DNA of 64,000 bases from Balanoglossus misakiensis (taxonomy: Eukaryota; Animalia; Hemichordata). Location: contig CM082585.2 in the NCBI GenBank assembly GCA_040954595.2, forward strand, positions 7,031,808 to 7,095,807. The letters are read 5' to 3'. Under the pieces are notes generated by a model. It was not told the origin of the DNA. It was given only the letters and a program-made list of their open reading frames with translations, and searched no databases. Shown in pieces: positions 11,801-24,619 of the stretch (position 1 is the stretch's first letter; every line of letters starts with the position of its first letter). The translations under genes and the position numbers were made by a program.

Positions 11801-14559
11801 GTGAAAGGTCATTGAACTGTGTGACTGACATACTGGTGGTGTTTTTATCGAGTCAGCAGACCATGTAATTTGCCGCCCTTAAACGTGTAAGGTCATGAAC
11901 ATCACAAGATTAGATAGTACCAACATTATACCATTACCTGGAAACTAAAGGCAGATTATGTAGATTTCATGCTTTTACTGTTTTTTTCTCTGCTTTCATT
12001 TCATTGTAAAACTTTATAGAAGCAGAAATAAAAGTCTGTCATCTGCCTTATCTCAATTGAGATTGTTAATTCCTTCAATAGTACCGCAAACTTGCATGTT
12101 TGACATTAAACTATGCAAACCTGCCGTGTCATTCAACTTCTGCATTGAATTGCTACTCTGGTTTATTTCAGAAGGCATTTTCAATTTCTCAGGTACATGT
12201 ACATGTAACTGGACGAGACAGATTGAACGTAAAATAAACTATAAACATAAAAAAATACAAGGGATTTGCAGGAATCATGAAACTGGCCTGTACTGGGGCT
12301 TTTTGAAATCAGTTTGAAAGTGGAATTAGCATGCATTTTGTGTCCAATTGGCATTAGCTTACAACTCTGACTTCAGTTTGCTTTAAGTGCTAATTGCGAC
12401 CACTTTGGAGTAAGTAATTTCTCAGTCGGAATTTGTTGAATTGCATTTCGATCACAGCTATGATGTACAAACACATGCCGGGGTGTTTCCCTGGAGGTAC
12501 CCACTAATTGCCACAAATGCCCTCTCCCCTCCCCGACTCCCTACTGAAATAATAGTACAGTCTTGCCGCGCCTTCCCTGATGCAATTTCTGGTCGCTCCA
12601 CTAGGACACAATCAGGGGTGAGAAGGCTCCGAGGCATGTTCTAATAATAAATCCATACACCAGGACCGGATCATTCCCGATGTAATTTATCCATTCTGCG
12701 TATTGCATTTTACAGTCATACTTTAACGATGACTAGTCTGTCTCAGTTAATAATCCCATAGCACCGTGGACAATACTTGGGGCTGTATACATTAGGGCAA
12801 ATTAAGTGTTTTGATACAAACGGCCTCGTTAAATTAAATTACAATGAAAGAAAATCGCAGAAAAAGGCTGTTAGGGGTTTCGTTTTGCGTGTCATTGGCC
12901 TTTGCCAGAGCTTCGCCATGGAGAGGCCGTCTGTATTGATGGAGAAAGGTGAAATTTATGGAGCTGTGGTAATAGCAGTGGGTGGTTGCCCTTTTGGCTG
13001 TTGGTTGATCTCTGTGGCCTTGTCGGGGAATTGTCAGAGTAAAAACAGAGTCACCACCTGCCACACATTGCGGGCAGCTTTACTTCATCGACCGGTTGAA
13101 AATGGTGAAATTTGTACACAAACTGTGTGCAAGTAAATTTCTTCTGGAATCCTATTCAAACCAACGAAATTGGAGAGAAAGAATTGCAACAATTATTACA
13201 TGATTGATACATGTACTGGTATGATAAAATCTGCCTGGAAACCAATCACAGACAGTAACTGATTCCATGTAAAATTTAAATTCAAGGCAGAGGAGCTGCA
13301 ATTGTGATAATAATTTTAAATTTTTCTTCAATCTCATGCCTATATGATTACAAATAGATTTACCAGTTATAATGTACATAACGCATGTTTGTACTGGAGT
13401 TCTGTGATTTCAATTTCGCATCCTGAAGACTGGCAGATAGTGCCATATGTTTTAGGTTTGAGCCAGACTTCACGAGTGCACATGTACAAATGTAAGACAG
13501 AGAACATGTTTCATCAGGACATGAAATATTTATCAATATATAATTAAGAAATAAACAAACTTGGATATTATGTCAGTAAATGATATTGATATTAGAGATA
13601 CCGTTATGGCTGCTATGTCCAGGTCATAGATTCAATTTGGAACTTGATATTGTATTGTGGGATTGCTTTCAAAGTTGACGGGAGCCATAAATCTTGATTT
13701 CATGATGTGCAAGAGATGAAGACATGGCCATGCATTTGGGAGATATTTTTTATCTATCTCCCTAATGTCTCATATGCATCATAGATTTCATTAATATATT
13801 TATGACCGAAACACTGCAAAAAGTATGATGCTTGTTATATTTGGGTGGTGATTTTTGCTTGAGAAGTGTTTGGCATTCAAAATACAATTTCAGGGTGTTG
13901 GCAATCCTTTCAGTTCATGACAGGAATAATTTACAGAAATATGCATTACATCTTGACATTGTACATGTAATAATTTATGAGAGAATTGAATTCGTTCATT
14001 TTTAACAGTCTTGTGAAATCAAGAGGAACACTTTTCCAACATTGTGTGTTTCCAGGAGATAACAAAGCAATATATAAAACCGCTAGAGATGTAAAGATGT
14101 AATCTCCAAGAAGCCATATGAATATGTGTGCTTATGATTTATAAATAAAATATGTAACTGAATGTGTGACTTGTACTGCTCTCATATACATTATACATGA
14201 GTCTATTCCCAACTGTTGCCCTGGTATTCTTATCTTTACAAGCATGCATTGAAGGGACTCAATTCAATCATACAGCAAATGTACAAATGTATCAGAACAT
14301 TCTCTCACGATTTTCTAAATCGTTCAGTATCACGCGAACTCATTGTTCGCCAGTAGGGTCATCCAACAGGTGCCAATCAGCTTTGCAATTCACGTCTGTT
14401 TTGATATATTTTTGTTACCTTGACGCAAATTATCATGATAGCTTTTTCTTGTTAATACTACGGCAGATTACCTATAAAGCCTGATTCTTTCCTGAAATTT
14501 CAAAGGAACACAAAAACAGCAACACTCTTATCATTTCACTTATAAAGTTCATCCACAGG

Positions 14560-14905
14560 ATTAACACCCTGGCCTCTTCAAGGACAACAGTGACAGGAGT
14601 GTTTTACTTTATTTGGAAATAAATCTTTGATGAAAATGATCTGCAGTAGCTTCATCTTCAAGAGCTTTGGTGAAACTCTTGAAAACTTGTCATAATCGTA
14701 ACCTGCTTAGTCTGGCATTACCATATTGTACGTTACCGTCCTTGACCAGACTTGAATGACCTTTGAAATCCATCCGCCTACGACTATTTTCCACATACCG
14801 GTAGATGTATATTATTGAAAATTTCTTGTACTAAAACATCATTATTTTTATTTTGTGTTTCTTGAGCCAAGCGACATGGTATTTGATAGTATACAGGTAC
14901 ATTTT
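14560..14905 (-). mobile_element. Possible decayed BEL/Pao LTR retrotransposon pol C-terminal fragment
   Basis: Frameshifted minus-strand peptides MYLYTIKYHVAWLKKHKIK / NNDVLVQE / GMWKIVVG..SKVIQV / KDGNVQ resemble the BEL/Pao post-integrase motif EYL.TL..R.KW.....GDVVLV.D....G.WKL..V..V....DG.VR. They are followed by purine-rich GAAGAGGCCAGGG and then TGTTA (PPT/LTR-like). Confidence 0.3.
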
Positions 14906-16449
14906 CTGAATATTTTCGTGTTGTCATCATATCCATCGAATGTGAGAGTTGCACCATATGCTAATTTGCATAAACAAACCTACAACACAATCAGCAACTT
15001 AAGTATGCATTGTATATGTAGCTGTACCATTCTATGTTGAAAATCAAAATGTATCATATTAAACAGTACTGAGCATTCTTAGTGATAAATGCCAATGTAC
15101 ATGAAAGCATTTTTATTCTTAAAAATACAAAAGATTTTCTGCATTACTGAGAGAAAAATTGATATTTTAATTGGCCGCAGATTACTACACAAGTTTATTT
15201 GTAATGCACCCTACAGAGGGAATAAGTCTTTATGCTTAGGATATTTAACATCTTGTTCGTTGATGGGTTTATCCTTGGTTGTAATAGAGTTAATTATATA
15301 CTAATGCATGTCTGAAAGCAAGGTTGTCAGATCCATTTGAAATCATGCAACCTTTGGAAAGGATCTCGTGACTGTTTTCTCTGCTCGTTCATTTGAAATG
15401 TCTGACCATTGTACTGACATTTGAAACCTTTGAACGTCAATTTCTTTTTCTCAATCCTCAAGAGAACTGCCCCGGCAACAACAACTGGGGTTATTCGTAA
15501 TTGCATTCAGATTCGCTCACAGTCTTCAGCCAGATGTTATTTTTTTCCTTCAAGAGTGAATCGCAAGGAAAAATTACATGCTGTTTTGGTTCCGCTGCAG
15601 ATCGACGTTGACTTGGGGTATCTTCATGGACAATTGCCCACGACTATTTAATCCAAGGTTTGCTCGATAGAGTAGAAGGAAAAAAGATGTGTGCTGGCAG
15701 CTTCTTTTTATCGTCATTTTGTCTCTAAAGCGTAATGAACTGTTATTGATCGAGCGAGGTGGGTGACCTAATTGAGTATTTGATGTTTGCCTTTTCTTGA
15801 AAATTATGCTAATTAGTAATTTATATGCAATGTGCACTTGTCAAATCAAGTGGTGCATTTAAAACTGAAAATCTCACCATGTACATTTACCTCTCTTGAC
15901 AGTAGGAAATTCACGTATGAAAATATCTGTTTTGTGTGTAGTGTGGTGAGTTTTGAATTGCACAGTCACCAGAGTCTTCATAATGGAGTGTGGGGATATA
16001 GACGAGGAAGACCAGTAGCAATTTCATGTCAAATCTCGCACCTCAGAGCATGTTGCAGTTTCTTGTAATCACTGGAGAGAAATATGCTGTTCACACAATC
16101 TCAAAACATCAGATTTTCGAATCCAATACCTATTCCTCAGGCTCACGTGCGATTTTTTTTTCAAAACAGTCGAAAAGCTATTTGGTGATAAAATACAATC
16201 ACCAAAGAAGCAATGCTGACATTTTCATTTTTATTTTCTAAAAAGCAAAAAGGTGACGAACACTCGTATTTTAGATTTTGTATCTGCCTGCTTTGTGAGG
16301 TTGTTTTATTACTCCATCTGCAGTCCTATCCCATCAGATACTAGCGAATACAACTACATCGGCAAGAAACATTTTAAAATTGAGCCTTACGAGGTTAAGC
16401 CCGCCCAAGTGGTGCCAGCCATATCCTTTATTGAAGTGTAATCAAATCC

Positions 16450-16745
16450 TTATTGATCTGGTTAATCCATCTAAATCAAGAACAGTCTTAGGTTGTGATG
16501 GAAATGCCTTTGACGAATTGTCAGAGTATCCGTGGCAGGTGCGATGTTGAAAATATTGTGATTTCCTGTGGAAATATAAGGAATAATATCACATGGAAGC
16601 TGTAATAGAGTAGTGGTGTCAATGTTTGAAATTCTCCACTGGATAATTGTAGTTGCAGGTGTGTTTCTATGGTACTTATTCATCAACAGTGTTCTCTATG
16701 TGTTAGCAGGATCAGATTTGATTTTGCAGTACTGGATTTTCAATT
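16450..16745 (-). mobile_element. Possible decayed Penelope-like GIY-YIG endonuclease C-terminal fragment
   Basis: Frameshifted peptides RTLLMNKYHRNT / NYPVENFKH*HHYSIT / TDTLTIRQRHF / KTVLDLDGL follow the order of Penelope EN motifs (R.RMN.HR; PVA.HF...HS; R..RE..WI..LKT..P.GLN). Confidence 0.4.
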
Positions 16746-19700
16746 TCACAATTGCAAGGTTGGAAAATGTTATACTGGGGTTGTTGAGTGACAGAGAGTG
16801 ACTGTGGTGGCCATTTTCAGGATAACTGAAATTTGTACATCTGAAAGATACAATTATCAAAAGTCTACTTGTGAGATTGTTCAGAGTTCAATGATAATTC
16901 TTTGAGCATTGGGTAAATATATCATATCTTGCTTTCGTGTCATATCATCTTACTAACTTAATCAGAGTTATCAATCATAAAGAGATGTAATTTGAAAATG
17001 ATACAGCTATTTTGAGTAGGGGTATGTTGCAAACATTTTGAGGTCATGCCACTGCCTTTGTGAGAGGAAAGTGGTAAAACGTTCAGTGAAGCAGCTTGTG
17101 AAATTGATCTTGGTATAAAACTACTTGTATTGACTCGCCTGGTTCAGGGCCACTGGGGGGAGTGCCAAGGGCAAATCCATTAGGTAAAATTTGACATATG
17201 CTATATAATTATCAAGTTTTTACCCAGAGCAGAATTTTCTCCCTTGAAGAGTGCAATCAGTGTTCCATTTCTGTGGTTTCCGATTTGCGCTGTGCTGCAT
17301 GCATGTGCGTCTATTTATCAGTAAGCCAGCGCATCAGTAACCGTAATCTTGTGTCAGACATTGGGGAACCGCGTGTGTTACGAGGACTTGTGTCCAAATA
17401 TTGAGACTTCCGAGAAGGGTCCCTGCATTGTATTGTGATCGTGACTGTATAAAGAAACCATCAATCACCTGTCGTCGGCTGATATTTTAGTGCAGAAATT
17501 AATCGACCCCAGGGTTGTTTTCCGTGTTGTTGATCCGTCATTCTCTTAACATGCAACAGGAAAAGTTAATACCCAAAGCTTTTGATCGACTTAGCTAGAC
17601 CTGTAAGTGATGGCGTTTTGTCAATATTAAAGACAGCAGAGGGCAATCAAGAACATTTTCCTGATGACAGAAGTGTCAGTTATTTCATTTAACTATACAA
17701 GAAAAAAACATGGAAAACAAAATTTATTATGAAGTCTATATACTACATGTAGTCATGTAGAAAACAGTACATCCTTGCATAAACAAGCATGCTTGTTTTA
17801 AAGGTTCATACCAGTAACTAACTACTGGCAAATCTTTGTGCGACAGATTGGCAACCTTAGAACACTGACTTCGTTATAGTCATCTGTCAGTTTTCAATTT
17901 CCTAATTTAAGGAATATCCTCATTTGACAATTTTTAAAATTGACCCTCCAAATCAGCTGGCAACATTAATATCATATCGTCTCCTCAGATTGACACCAGA
18001 GGGCACCATTTACTTGATTGTTATGGGAATTTTCTCAAAAGGAAGTACTATTCATTGAGTGACGTGAGTGGGTATAATGATTTCATGAGACTGGAAAGCG
18101 AATATTTTCAATGAACTTTGTAGGAGTGAGATTAAATTTTCATGATTGTTATTGTCACCGGATATTGTGCATTATTCATAAAATTTTGTCCCCGGAGTGT
18201 CATTTCCGGTGAAGTGTCTGCTACTCTGAGTAAATCTCAGTGGAGTTAACACAACTTCAGAATATTTATTCTTAACATCCATTCTAGAGTATGTGTTATC
18301 TGCAAGGATACTTTTTATTTCTTCAATTTCCTTCAGATAATGAACATACTTTTATTTTTCTCTTGATTCTCTTGCAAAAGTTAAGAATGCGAGGATGGGT
18401 AGTCAAAAAGATATTGTAGTTCTTTGTATTTGCAGAATATTGTTCAGTTTAGCCGACAAAATGATGTAAGTTGAATTTGATTTAACTTTGGGAGGCTCAG
18501 GCCATGATGCCGTGTCGCACTGGGGATTTTCAACATTTCTGAATTTGACCCGTTCGAGCAACATGGACGTCGTCTGCACACACGTTTGAGGTAAACCTAA
18601 AAAGCGCCGGCATTCTCAGACCAATTACACTCCCTCCTTGATTACCGGTGTCCGTGTACACTTCTGATTACACAGTAAATTGATGGATCAAACATCCTGT
18701 CCAGTCTGAAGATTCTAATGTCGTCATACCGTTCAACAAAGACTAACCTTCTGATATTTCAAGGATCCAATTAGATCCTCTGAACCATAGCCAGCACACT
18801 GAGACAAAATGACACCTTGTTGAACTGAACCAGACAATTATGTATAAGATGTTACCATCCTGATATTTGAAAGCTGATCCCTACCTACAGTGGAAACGCT
18901 GGTTTATTTGGCAATTGCGTGTTTGATCATTGTTGCATTTCAACAGCTGTTTCCTTAACTTGCATGGCGAGATTCGATTCAGATTTGAAAAACACCTGCA
19001 CAGATGTAAAACTTAGGCATTTCTTCAATTTCTTCAGATCATCCCCTTAATGGCGGAGTTTGTTAGACCAAGTCGTAAGTTCTTTGTTGCCACTTTCACG
19101 TGATTTTCTTTTCCTGCCATAGTAAAAACTCTGCTAAAAAGGCCAATTTCCTCCATTTATGTGAGTAGCAATAAAATGCACTGTGAGACAAATATAAAGT
19201 AGAATGCCACTTTCGTACAAGTTGTAATACAGACAAGCCCAAAGCAAAATGAAGTGTTCACATGTCACAAGTCGTGTTTCGTAAATCTGATGTTATCCAG
19301 AATTCTGACCTCGTGTGAATACAACCAATGGTGTTGTGTCTGATAAATATATGCAAACATCTATGCAAATTTAAACCAAATTGCCATACCCGTAGATGCA
19401 TGGCTCTGACGCGTACACACTTTAATACACACAGTGACACCTACAAAGTCTAAAAACATGGCAGCGTTGATCTAACGGGTTAAATTGATTGAGTTGCCTG
19501 ATGTTGTTTGTACTATAACTCATGAGAGATAACTTGATCCATCTATTAGTTATACATGTTGTAGAGCGCACACAACTTTCACAGGTTTCAACTTCATTTT
19601 ATTGGCTTTGATGATTGAGTTAAGCCCTGTTCAGTTACTGGTGATTATCTTTGAAAGGAGGTAGAATTCAGTGACACTTGGCCAAAGTAAACATTTGATT

Positions 19701-19939
19701 ATGCGAACAAAGATCCTTCTGTCACTCACAGCAAAGGTGTTGAATTATTGAATAGTTTATCCAGTACAGATGTACCATTTGTAGCATGGGACTTCTTTTC
19801 TAAGCAGTAAATATTTGTCATTATTTCATGTCAAAAACTACGCTGTATGTTAAAAGCAGGAAACACCTTACTACATACCAGTGTAATTTCCAAACTCTGA
19901 TTTAAATTTGGCCCTGCTAAAAATCCTGGTTAAACTGGT

Positions 19940-20145
19940 CCTGTCCAAACCCTTTTGAAGTTTATGCTGACTAAACATTGCTTAACAAACCTGGTTTTAC
20001 CTATCCAGTTCACAACATGGTAAAACCATGGACCTGAAGAAACTCGAAATCAATCCTGTCCATACCCTCTATCCTGTCCAAACCCTGACTAAGTAAACAT
20101 GTCCTGTTCAAACCCAGGTACAAAGGGGTTAGCCTTTCCAAACTT
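19940..20145. repeat. Degenerate cluster of CCTGTCCAAACCC-like motifs
   Basis: Copies at 19940, 20055, 20073, 20103 and 20133 with 0-3 mismatches. Confidence 0.7.
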
Positions 20146-21223
20146 CTTAAAACCTATCCTTGGTTTATGCTGCCAGGGATGTAACAGATGCAGACAAGCC
20201 GTTATCACATCAGTAAAAGTTAGCATTTTGGGCCAAATTATGTTCATCTTGCTTTACAGTACTAGATGTAAAAGTGTCTGCCATGGATGATATTTTTTAT
20301 TGATGAGAGGAGGTGGGAGAAAAGACTAATTAATTAATGGTGTCACCTTTGCTTTACTTATTTATTGGCTATACGCCCTGTTATAAACCAGTATGCCATC
20401 ATCAAATAGATCTCCCGATTGCAGCTGAGTACGGGTACTTTTACCTTCTGAATGAGGATTTGTGTGTTTATTCCCAGCCTTATAGTGCTGTCCAATTTTG
20501 AAGAATAGCGCTAATTATATTAAAATGAATGAGTGTGGGCTGACCTGTCTGTCTTTGTTATAACAATGACGTGCAGACGTAGCTGTGAAAACTTTGATGA
20601 AACTTTTGTGTGATAAATTTGTTAGCGGCGGCAAGATCATTTGTATTCTGTTAAAGCAGGATTAAGAATTACTTCTCGGGCATGCTTGCGCAGGAGCTGT
20701 AAACATTTGACTGCCATTCAAAGTGGCATTTCCAGCCACTAAGTCCTGAATCAGATAGCGTATATCTACCACAACACTGCAGTGAAACACACAAATTACC
20801 AGTCGGGCTGCTTTTTTCTCCCATGAAGTTTTGAATTGCTTTGTGTCTGAAAGGATAGACTAGCGCATTTATGGGGTTGTGTGTACGAGACAGTGACGTG
20901 CGCACTGCCGACATCAGCTGAGGCTGTTGACAGTCCTTCTTCTTAGATGTTAACTGATTATTCTGGCAACACAAGGTGTGTTTCTTTGTACCAGGAAATA
21001 GCAAAAGAGTTCAGAGATCTTTCTTACATCAAAACCTGCATCTCTGATTCATTAACTCTTGTGCTTTAGACTATTACAGTTAGATAGAAAATGCCTGAAA
21101 TTTGCTCTGAGAGAGAGTGATGCATGAAAACCAGTTGTATTTTCCTTTTAGACACATCATTCAACATAGGACACTGTTTCTTGTTTGTATCTTCCAGGCT
21201 AAGTGTAATTTGCTTTGCGCAAC

Positions 21224-21421
21224 ATGAACAACGGATATTCCGAGAATGGATTTCAGGGAGGGGGGACGGGAGACGGAAACGACACCAACGGAAGTCTGGC
21301 TGTCGAGGAACCCATCAATGGAAACTATGTGCTCAACACGACTACGAACACAACTCTGGATAAACCGGACTATAACAGCCTGAGGAAAGAAAGACAAGAC
21401 CGAACAAGGGCTGTGATGCAG
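21224..21421 (+). CDS. First coding exon of the IQ-motif (IQCJ-like) protein; the exon starts at 21198 and includes 26 nt of 5'UTR
   Basis: Acceptor ttgtatcttccag|21198; ATG in caacATGA context; 66 codons MNNGYSENGFQGGGTGDGNDTNGSLAVEEPINGNYVLNTTTNTTLDKPDYNSLRKERQDRTRAVMQ; donor CAG|gtactg, phase 0. Confidence 0.75.
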
Positions 21422-21462
21422 GTACTGTACACTCTCATATAAAATGTTAACATGCATTGATA

Positions 21463-21671
21463 CTGTAAAACACTTAATTTTTCGCGAGTTAAAATTTTCG
21501 CGATATCAAGAGAGGCCGCTCTTTCGCGAGTATTAATTTTCGCGTTCTCTTATTTCATTCACTGCATCATTATCTTAAAAAAAAAATTACGCGACTTTTT
21601 ATTTTCACGCCATTTTGGCTCTCGCGTATTTCGCGAAAATTTATTGCTTGCGAAAATAAAGTGTTTTACAG
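21463..21671. mobile_element. MITE / non-autonomous DNA transposon with TA target-site duplication
   Basis: TA-CTGTAAAACACTTAATTTTTCGCGAG ... CTTGCGAAAATAAAGTGTTTTACAG-TA. The TIR is perfect for 13 bp and imperfect to about 25 bp; there are internal TTTTCGCG subrepeats. Confidence 0.9.
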
Positions 21672-21867
21672 TATTTTCTCTTAGTCAGTGGTTTTGATGG
21701 CACTATTTTATGAGTCTTCAGACTGAGAAGTCTGGCAACATGATGTACAGATTTTATTATCATTTTGTGCTTCTTCGGTGGTAAACTTTTACAATTGGTG
21801 AACTGTTTTTGTTTTATCCCTTTCTTGCCACCTGCCCAAAGGAGGCCCTCTGGGACTTGCATGTCTA

Positions 21868-22010
21868 TACCTCTCTCCATCACTAGTGGTTAAGATATTA
21901 CCTAATTCAGATTTGTACCATCGGATACAAACTCAGACTGTACCTCTCTTCATGACTGGTGGTTAAGATATTACCTTATTCAGATTTGTACCGTCAGATA
22001 CAAACTCAGA
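21868..22010. repeat. 73-bp tandem duplication (2 copies, roughly 90% identical)
   Basis: tacctctctccatcactagtggttaagatattacctaattcagatttgtaccatcggatacaaactcaga is repeated from 21941. Confidence 0.93.
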
Positions 22011-24619
22011 TGTGTTCCTTGTACAGAATCTCACAAAGCAGTTTCAGATTATTTGGAAATAATATTTTTTTCTGAACTATCTGTTACGTTGCCCCGCCCA
22101 TGCATAACACACCTGCAGATATACTCTTGCACAAAGCCAGTTGGGCATTTTTCGTAAACTTGTATACACAGTGACCTGAATTTCTCAGAAAACACAGACT
22201 GTTCTCAGTATTTTCACTATGTATCAAGCGTATCCCCTCGGGAGTGCGGCAGTGTACGAGTCTATACACTCGTAAGCGCATTTTATTGGAGAATCATGTC
22301 TTGGGTTCTGATTAAACACCTCTCGCAGCGTTGTCTTCAGGTGCTAATGCCATGCATTAAGCTGGGTAGTTTTTCATTTCTTAATGGCGGCAGTCAATGT
22401 TTAATGTCAGTGTTCTTCATTCTCTTGTCGTCTGACCTACTTTCTCTGCTGTCGTTATTGTTTCATTTTCTGCTGCGTGTATTTGCAGCCCATGTTTAAT
22501 GCATGATATCGGCAGATGTGTGATTGTTTGTATACACGAATCGGCCATGACCTTTCTTGATAGGTGTACCAGGTACTGCATACTGCACCGGTTGTTTGTA
22601 ATTTATACTTTATATTCTGTAATTTGGAATGTGTATGCAAATTCTTCCATTGAGGCATATTGATGAAATAGTTATTTCCAATATTTATCATTAACAATGT
22701 AAGAGGGAAAAAAATGAGAAAGACTTATGATTATTAAACACTGCCTAAAAATCATCTTGGTCTATTTGATAATAACACAGCAGTTTATTTTTTTACTTCA
22801 AAGGTTTGATATCAATTTTTTTTGGTAAAGTTTGATGAAGGTAAATTTATTTTGCCAAATTGTGATGGTAATGGCACATCCACAGGTGTGTTTCTATTGG
22901 CTAATCAGTTCACTTGTTGCCATGAAAGACCATTTTCGTGCTGTCGAACATGGGGCTCTCGCACTAGATCTGGGCGTTTTACTTAAGAATATATGAAAAA
23001 CTGGGCAAGTTGTATCACCTCTTGTCTGATCAGACATGCAATTTGTACATTGCGCAGACTCAGCCAATCAGGTCGCGGCTTCCGGCAGATTTAGGTAGTG
23101 TAACCATGGTGATCCTCTGTGATGTACGTCTGTCACCAGACGTATGAACACTAAGTCATTAGAATTTGGATTCAGGCATGAAAGTGTTTTTGAAAAGTTG
23201 ATGACATTTTAATTCGCTAAGCGAGAGCATTCAGATTTCCCCTTTTGAAAATTATTTGACATCACACAATTCGCAACAGGAACTACTTTTGCTGCTCCTA
23301 CAAATGTCACTGAAAATGCAGTTTTTTTTCCGGAGAAGTGCTGTTACGACCAGGAAGGACATTTGAAGGATCGTGCGTCTTGACACTTACTATGACTCAA
23401 GGTTCACTGAGTTACAGACAGCTTTCATCCCTGACTAATTGAAAATGCCTACCTTTGTGTCACAGAATAAAAATTGACACACTGGCACACAGCGCGAGGC
23501 ACGTCTTGTCCAGGACAGTCAGATCTGAAATCAAATGGTTTTATAGTGACATGCGGTTTCTATTGTACAGCTTTAACAAAATGTAAACATTTTTCTTTTC
23601 ATTTTTCTGGCTTGCATAACTTTAAGAAAAGTGATGTTGCCATGGCAGTATTTTATTGTGGCAGTAAATGGTGATATAGTTGATGCCATGTCTGTCATAT
23701 ATTCACTAACAAACACTTCTGACACTTCTATTCTTCCATTGGAACACACGGAGAATTGCTAAAAAACCCCACTTCTGCTGTTGTCATTGCATGGAATTTT
23801 GTACACAGCTTAGTCAGAAGATATTAAATTGGGTGGTTGAATAAAATCCTATTGCCACTGTGCTTAATTGTGAGATAAAATTTATCCACATTAAAAAAAA
23901 AGTTTATCATCTTTAACATCACACATATGTGTATCATTTCCCCGTAATATTAGATCGATCATAGAGATGTATCTTGGCAACCGCCCAACAACAAACTGGT
24001 AACATTTATGTAAGTGCTAGAAAGGGCACTTATCTGAAACATTACTTTCATTTATGACACCATATGGGTGATATTTTTATACATCAAACAACAGAAATGC
24101 ACACATGCACTTTAAGGAATTTTCAATAAACGTTCTTATCACACCGTAAAAACTCAAGAGTGAGTTAATATGCAGACTGCCAGGACTAGACTACATGTAC
24201 TTTTAAATAGTGTAGTTCTGTGTAAAATGAGTGTCAGTATGGAGCTGACCAGCCAGCTTATCATGGTGCCGCGATGTGCTCAATTAACTCTTCCCATTGA
24301 TGCTTTCTTGTTTATCAGTAGAATGTAGTGTGATTTAGCCTATGCAGTCTCTTCCTACTGTGGATTTAGCCATTCCGGTCACTGCTGTATCGTTTGAGAT
24401 CAGCAGACAAATTGTTGTTGTGCTAGCTCACTGGCATCGTCGTGTATAGCACCAGGATAGCGTACTTTTGGTGTGATTAAGCCCAATATCAGAGGTTTTC
24501 TTGTGTCTTCAGGTCCAGTGTCCATGAGTTGCCAAATATGGGCAAGTCTTTTGTCAGCCCTGTGCTAGCTTTGTGTCATTAACATACAAGCTTAATGTTA
24601 GCACTATCTTACCTTCTTA

